64,000 nucleotides of DNA from positions 1 to 64,000 of the forward strand of contig NIVC01002355.1 in the NCBI GenBank assembly GCA_002269645.1. Direction: 5' to 3'. The notes beneath the pieces were generated by a model. That model was not told the origin of the DNA and did no database searches. It was given only the letters and a program-made list of their open reading frames with translations. Positions 57,216 to 64,000 of the stretch are shown piece by piece (within the stretch, counting starts at the first letter, position 1; each line of letters begins with the position of its first letter). This DNA is from Macrostomum lignano. Taxonomy: Eukaryota. The position numbers and the translations under genes were made by a program.

Positions 57216-59966
57216 GGAGTGAGGGGCCAGGACTCTAATTGATTTATTTCTGAGACCTGAGGTCCGAAGGCTTCGACCCCACAAGGGGGCCGAAAGGTCG
57301 AAACCCATCAAATGATAAGAATAATGAGAAAAAAAACCATCATAATAGTAGCATACTTTTAACGTGCAAATGATCGAACGAACGTACGAGCTACTAATGC
57401 ACTATGGAACGTACATACGCTCGTAACGCACTTTTTAAACAAGCCAGTTATAAATAATATTGAAATATCTAAACAAATACAGCGTAAAATTAGCTCGTAG
57501 TTAAAATACTAAATTTGGCTCTTTTTATGCTGATTAATCTGTTAAAACAACTTTTAATGAAATTCACAGAATAATCCACGGTACATTGGTTACGATAAGT
57601 TAAGAAAGAGAACTGGAAGAATAGAGTTTAGAGAATTAAATCAGGGGCTGCATTCCTAATTTAATGATGACAACATGAAACTTGCCATCTCGCTAACGTC
57701 CGTTCGAATTTTTCTAAACAAAACTTAATCTTGCAATAAACATCCTTCTGTGAATAAAGTTCTTCTGACAGAAGCAATATTTGAGTTTCAAAACATGACC
57801 TACAGCTCGATAATTTAGTAACTAATCGTAGGAGAAAAACTGGTAGTGTTCTTCAAGATACTACTGCTGGTGCTACTTACTATCTTACGAAAAGATGTTT
57901 CCATTTGTTTAGTTTAAAAAATCAGCAAAAATGCTCTGCAAATTTTCGATGGACAGTTTTAATGAAGCAAGTAGCTTTTTTGTACTGCGTTCAAGGCGCA
58001 ATCAGAAGCTTGTTGATAAATCGTCTGAGAATAAAATTTGAGAACGGGCAACGCTCAAAATGCGTTTTATGAACAAATTTCGCACATTTTTGTATGATTA
58101 ATATGATTGTATTGTGTATTTTTTATGATTGTATATGGTGCATGGCTATTCCCATGAGAGTCTAAAAACCGGAATATTTGGATTAAAAAATAGCTATTAC
58201 ACATTTTTTTCTAATCCTAAAATGTATTGAGGAAACTATACAGAACTTTTCGACGTTTAGAAAAACTAGCCTTTAGACAAGCGGCTTCAAGAGTTTTATA
58301 CTAACTTTTGTTTTAACAAGACTATATTCTGTACCAACGAGGAGGGGCTACATACGAATGGCCACTATGTTTTAGCATAGCTCGGTGGATATTCGTTGGA
58401 AAAACTGGGCTAAAATCCAGTCTAAATAATCCATTTATGAAAAAGACACTAAAGAAAGACTGAAATGTCACCGAAAGGTAGAAAAAAGAGAAAAGTTTAA
58501 AAACTCTGCCTCTTGAACGAAAAGCATTACCCGCTTTATTTGAATTTCGGTCAGTCCAAAGTGAAATATTGGCAATATAGTGTTAAAAACAGAAAAACGG
58601 CTCTCTAATGCTATTTATCAAGACCCCTACAGGTCCTAAGCAAAAAAAATCTTACCACATAACTACCAAATCGACGGTTGCTGACGGATAATGAAATCGA
58701 AGAAGGAACTTGAGTTCCCATGCTTCTGCAATTTTCAGGAACGGTAGCTATGGAAACCGCATCCATGCACCATCTGTTCTAGCAAAAAGTAACCCGACTC
58801 CAAATTTCTTCTAGAATAGTGTAACCACCTGGATTTCCTGAAGAAGCTTCTTTGCAGTAGTTTCAGCTCGATTTTCTGTTTGAGGAAGGCAAAAAAGCAA
58901 CATTTTTTCTGTATTATTTTACATCCAGACCTCAGTACTTTTGCCATGCAGCAGCGATTTATGTCTTTAATTGCATATCAAGCAAAAATTTAACCTCAAG
59001 CATTTATTTTTCGATTTTTTTAATGAAATATAGTTTTTTTACATTTAATATTCAACGTTTATTACACAAATGGAATAACTGGTATATATTCCCCATTTAT
59101 ACGTAGGTGGAAAATGGCTTTATTCATCACTTGGATTCGGCCATAGGCAACAAAAAACGAGTTTTTGACCTGGCGCAAAAAACTTTGTCTATGGTAGGAA
59201 GCTTCGACCCCACACCTCAATCTATGCTTTTTTTATATTTCTGACTTTACTATTGATATTGCGTGCTATATGTAAGGTAGAGGACATGTAAAACGGAACG
59301 GCTAATGGAGTTTTATGACCAAGCGTTTATATTAACTCGAGAAAGTATGCCATATGCAATTCAATATGTCATGCTACGCTTGTACGTGTATATAGAACTA
59401 TGGGGCTTCTCAGGAAAGCGTCCAACCAGCTTCTCATCAATCGACTTTATATTGTTTGAAAGGGATCTTTCAGCAAAAAATCTTGCATCTCTGCGTCCAT
59501 TATACAGGTTTCTTCCTAGCGCCCTCCACGAGGTAAAGCTTACCTCTGCAGGTTTTTTCGAATGTTGACCGAATGCGCCGAACAAAAATTTTGAACATTC
59601 CTATTTCTACAACTTTTTAATTTTTTGATTAAAGTAGCGATCTGAAAACAACTCTGAAATATGCATGCAGCTGACATAGTGCTTTTAGCCACTCTTTTTA
59701 GCGAGTCCATTATTTATTTGAAACTGCTAACTAGATAAAAATCTTCTGGGTTCATAACTACTGGGTTCATATCTGGGTTCGTAACGGTACACTAAGCTGG
59801 ATATAATCAAGCTAGAGAGTGTTCTAGAGTTTTCTGCGAAAGATTTTTCTTACGCTTAGTTTAAAATCTATCAACGGCTTTCTTAAAGTTTCTTAGTCTT
59901 GTTATGTTTATAGTTTTTTTTTCTGCAAAGGGAGTGTAGTCTTGAGCCTTTAAACGTTTTAGCGCA

Positions 59967-61181
59967 TTAGGCTCCGTAGACTTCGACCTCGCACAAATTA
60001 ATCGACTTTACTGGGCGATTAGCGATGCGAAACCGGCTGCCAAACGCGTTGCAGCTAAAGCTGGACACGTTGAACGCCACCGTCAAATCCAATCGGTTGC
60101 AATCGACACCATCAACTTGCAAGTTCACTTGGTTGATTCGATCCGCACAGCAATCTTGCCTGTTGTAGATGACGACATGCGAGATCAGAGCGGGAGCGGA
60201 CAGTTCACCCTCCCACCAACCGGCCAAGTTATCCTTCGTGTGCGTGCAAGACCCATCTGTAAGTATTGGGTTTTTGTTACCGTCGATAGCTCTTTCGCAA
60301 ACTTTGTTGCCATCAGTGGAGCTCTGGGTGCAGCCGATGAATTGAAGCTTCTCTGAATTGTGGAAAATAGAAAACTACTATTAGTCAGTCGGCTATTTTT
60401 TACGTGTAGTTAGTAGGCTTTGCTAAATTTTTAACTTAGTCAAGAATTTCGATAATTTTCAAGGACTGATGCAACGCAACTTTCGGGGACACATGACAGA
60501 GTACTAGTAATATGTTTCTTAAGGTTACGCACGTATTAGGTATACGCTGACGTGCATGTAAACGCACATCTATTCCAAACTATAATTTTCTGACGCTAGA
60601 TTGGCTCATTTTGTTTTAGTAGTCGAATTTGTGACTGACGAGGCTAATTCTTGATTAGCTAGTCGAAACCTCTTAACTATGAGATTAGCCATTGACACCC
60701 GCAAGCACACGCCGTACCACTGAACCGTCACCTGGAAATCTTTCTTAATAGACCTCTTGTGCATCAATTGTCCTAATACTCGATATTAAGTGATTTATTA
60801 TACTCTATAGACTGGACAGTTTATGGGGTGATCCAAAAACTGCCGATAACTTTAATTTACAGCATGCTACCGTTCCAAGCACTCACTAGCTTCAACGGTG
60901 TACACGTCACACAGATCCGAGCTTTCCCACTCGTTGTTGTGGAATGCCAACAAGCTGAACAGTCTGCACAGACCCGGCATCCAGCTGAAACCAAAGCAGT
61001 TGCCAGCTTTTTCGGAGCAATCTTTGGCACATTGCATCCTACCGATGCCAGCGATGGACTCGGTGGCCACTGGGCTCAAGTAGCCGCGCATTCTCACTGC
61101 TGAGAACACCAATCGAGCCGTAATAGTGTCAAAAACCACAACTGACAAAAGCAGCAATGACAGCACGCGATTCCGCTTCAT
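59967..61181 (-). CDS. Secreted PAN/apple + F-type lectin protein C (226 aa)
   Basis: Exon 1 61181-60887 (MKRNRVLSLLLL signal, QCAKDC...CFGF...C, phase 1 gtgagt donor). Exon 2 60352-59967 with AIDGN, CTHT, WWEGE, NRQDCCADR, LCEVE. Fucose-binding motif intact. Confidence 0.92.
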
Positions 61182-63225
61182 TGTTTCAATAGCTAAGGAT
61201 CCAATCGATGAATCCGTAGCTTTGGCTTGGAATAGTGGCGCCAAGATTTGTGCTTTAATACTGCTTCGAGTAAGCTGTCATTGGCTCTCAAGTTTACTAC
61301 TGGTAAACTCAAACTGGGTTTTTCAAGGAAATAAAAAGCAGTAAAGCCATCCGGTCTGTTAAATCGTTAGTTTTTTTGCTAAAACAGAAAATAGAAAACA
61401 ACAGAAAAGAGTGGAATTGGAACGAAACTGGTGTAAGGATAAGGGTTCCCCAAAGATCCACCAGGAAGACCATTCGTTGAAAGCAAAAAATGAGAAACAA
61501 TACATACAATGGAATCCTGTGTTCTTTGCGAAAATGCATTCAACAGAAGCGCCGGTCCTTTTTAAGCCTAGTCCTTATTACAATATTTTGGGCAGGTGTA
61601 CAGCCAACGTCACGGTAAAAACCACTCACTCAGTGATTCGAACACAGCTGGAGGCTGCTGCCCTATCATACCAGGATAATCTGGAGTTCCGGCCCAAGCA
61701 GCCTACTCAGAATCTTTTCAGACTGAGCTTCAGCAACTTCCGCAAACGACAGGCATCTCATTGTGCAATGATTCGTGGAACATGACATGGGTCCATTGAA
61801 ATTCGATTGTGTAAATACAGGAAATACAGGAATACAGGAAAGTAGATTTTTTTCTGGATTTCGGATTTCGGATTTGTCACGAACAATATCGATTGCTTAA
61901 GAAGCAATAGGCAGGGGGTGTTTTTATAAAACTGGTATCAGTTTTTTCCTGAGGCGTTCTTTCCCGTGGCCCGCAAGAAATGGTGCTTGGTGTCACTTTT
62001 AGAATACCTCAGGCCCTTCGTAAAAACTGTTGCATCATAATGCCAAGGCTTTAAGATAGTCGGACTTGAAGCAGAGAGGAATACAAGCCCGTTTTATCTC
62101 TCTCTTTTCTCTCAGCCCTGTGTGGCTCTCCCCCACCCCTGGCTTGTCTGCTCTGCTCTGCGGGCCACTCTGATTGGCGTTGCTCCTTACCCTGCTTCCC
62201 TTTCTCTCCTCTTTTTGTTCGGGCCGGTTTTGAGTATATTTATTAGCCGACTCAGCTGGAGTTGAGTTTGCTCCTGCTTCGCCCGGTTTTGATGCCAATT
62301 GAGATTTAAAAGCTTTTCAAATAAAGAGACGCAGTAGTGGAGTCTGCAAAAATCCATTTCATTACGAAGTGACTAGAAATAAACAGACTAAATACCAGCG
62401 GCAAATACAATCAAGGCTGTTGCAATTCGAACTGACTCTACCGGTAAGTGCTTCCTGTATTTATCCTTTCGGAATTGACAGAACTGCTACCATACTCCTA
62501 TCAGTAAAGGCCAGCGCGTACTGTCTACTTTACACTAGGCCTGCTCCGTTTTCAACGAGCCTGAAACCAATATTGTTCATAATGAAATCGAAAAGGTGTC
62601 TAGCGATTCAGCTTTCCCAGAGTAGCTTTGTAAATGTACTACTAATTGAGGGCAATTATCGTGTTTTTTATTTTATTAGCCGACAATCGCTCACGCTTCT
62701 CGATGCGGGACTATTATGCAGTAGGACGCAACCATGGAGAACTGAAGTAGAAGTACACATTTTTTTCGACTCCGCGGTTTTAGGGGCCAAGAAATTCTTG
62801 GCTGGGAAAAACAATCCTAATTACGTCTAGTATTGATGCTGCAATAAACAACTCGAGTCGAAGGACGCTTCCCACAAAACTCGTAAAATTTTCGCACAAA
62901 GTGCTCCGGAAAGATGGGATTTTTTGCGGGAGACCCTCCGCCGCGTCGCTGCTTCGTGCTCGCTGCCACCCCGCTGCCTTTGCCCCCTGTCTGCTGATTG
63001 CACTTCTTAATATAATGGTTGCAGTTCAATTAATTTTTTTTAAAATGGTTTAACCGTTCGATCAGAAAATGTTAAGATTCTGTACGAGCCTAAACGGCAT
63101 TGTGGCTAAGAAATTGCTTAGAAATTGAAATCGATACTTTTGCATGATCGGTTGCTTGTGATCAAAATTGGCACAGTGAAAAGCCCTTGAAAAACTAGCC
63201 AGCACCACGCCTACGCCTTTGTTAA

Positions 63226-64000
63226 GCCAGCAGGGGCTTTAGCACCAGGGGCTTTAGCACCAGGGGCTTTAGCACCAGGGGCTTTAGCACCAGGGGCTTT
63301 AGCACCAGGGGCTTTAGCACCAGGGGCTTTAGCAGCAGGGGCTTTAGCTCCAGGGGCTTTAGCAGCAGGGGATTTAGCAGCAAGGGCTTTAGCACCAGGG
63401 GCTTTAGCACCAGGGGCTTTAGCACCAGGGGCTTTAGCACCAGGGGCTTTAGCACCAGGGGCTTTAGCACCAGGGGCTTTAGCACCAGGGGCTTTAGCAC
63501 CAGGGGCTTTAGCACCAGGGGCTTTAGCAGCAGGGGCTTTAGCTCCAGGGGCTTTAGCAGCAGGGGATTTAGCAGCAAGGGCTTTAGCACCAGGGGCTTT
63601 AGCAGCAAGGGCTTTAGCACCAGGGGCTTTAGCACCAGGGGCTTTAGCACCAGGGGCTTTAGCACCAGGGGCTTTAGCACCAGGGGCTTTAGCACCAGGG
63701 GCTTTAGCACCAGGGGCTTTAGCACCAGGGGCTTTAGCACCAGGGGCTTTAGCTCCAGGGGCTTTAGCAGCAGGGGCTTTAGCAGCAGGGGCTTTAGCAG
63801 CAAGGGCTTTAGCACCAGGGGCTTTAGCACCAGGGGCTTTAGCACCAGGGGCTTTAGCACCAGGGGCTTTAGCACCAGGGGCTTTAGCACCAGGGGCTTT
63901 AGCACCAGGGGCTTTAGCACCAGGGGCTTTAGCACCAGGGGCTTTAGCACCAGGGGCTTTAGCACCAGGGGCTTTAGCACCAGGGGCTTTAGCACCAGGG
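63226..64000. repeat. 15-bp minisatellite (AGCACCAGGGGCTTT)n running off the window end
   Basis: Direct reading. Explains the LKPLV ORF. Confidence 0.97.

Noticed and set aside
61893-61930. ATTGCTT-aag-AAGCAAT palindrome as a Crypton terminus
   Set aside because: Too short, 10 kb from the recombinase fragment, and no partner end identified.
62035-62298. Hydrophilic 87-aa ORF on the minus strand
   Set aside because: Low-complexity CT-rich DNA with no motif or linked exons found.
63222-63995. 257-aa LKPLV ORF
   Set aside because: Pure 15-bp satellite.

Overview
Repeat-rich animal genomic DNA with GT-AG introns. An invertebrate such as a free-living flatworm is plausible, but that is inference only. 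Host genes reconstructed by hand: (1) two tandem SLC23/NAT nucleobase transporter paralogs (1.5-5.3 kb, carrying three 1-nt lesions; 7.5-13.8 kb, intact, 621 aa); (2) an intronless histamine-H3/H4-like aminergic GPCR; (3) an orphan 3-exon four-TM protein; (4) three secreted PAN/apple + F-type (fucose-binding) lectin genes with a common 2-exon layout. The rest is mobile DNA: a head-to-tail array of three non-autonomous Helitron units, each with a tRNA-like segment and unit-specific satellites; a 210-bp mini-Helitron; internally deleted piggyBac and Tc1/IS630 elements in a composite; a Crypton tyrosine-recombinase fragment; RTE and RNase-H-bearing LINE remnants; tRNA-derived SINEs; several MITEs; a probable solo LTR; and many micro- and minisatellites. 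Most long ORFs in the supplied track are satellite artefacts. Recurrent 1-nt homopolymer indels suggest residual long-read error, so pseudogene calls are provisional. All alignments and counts were done by eye.
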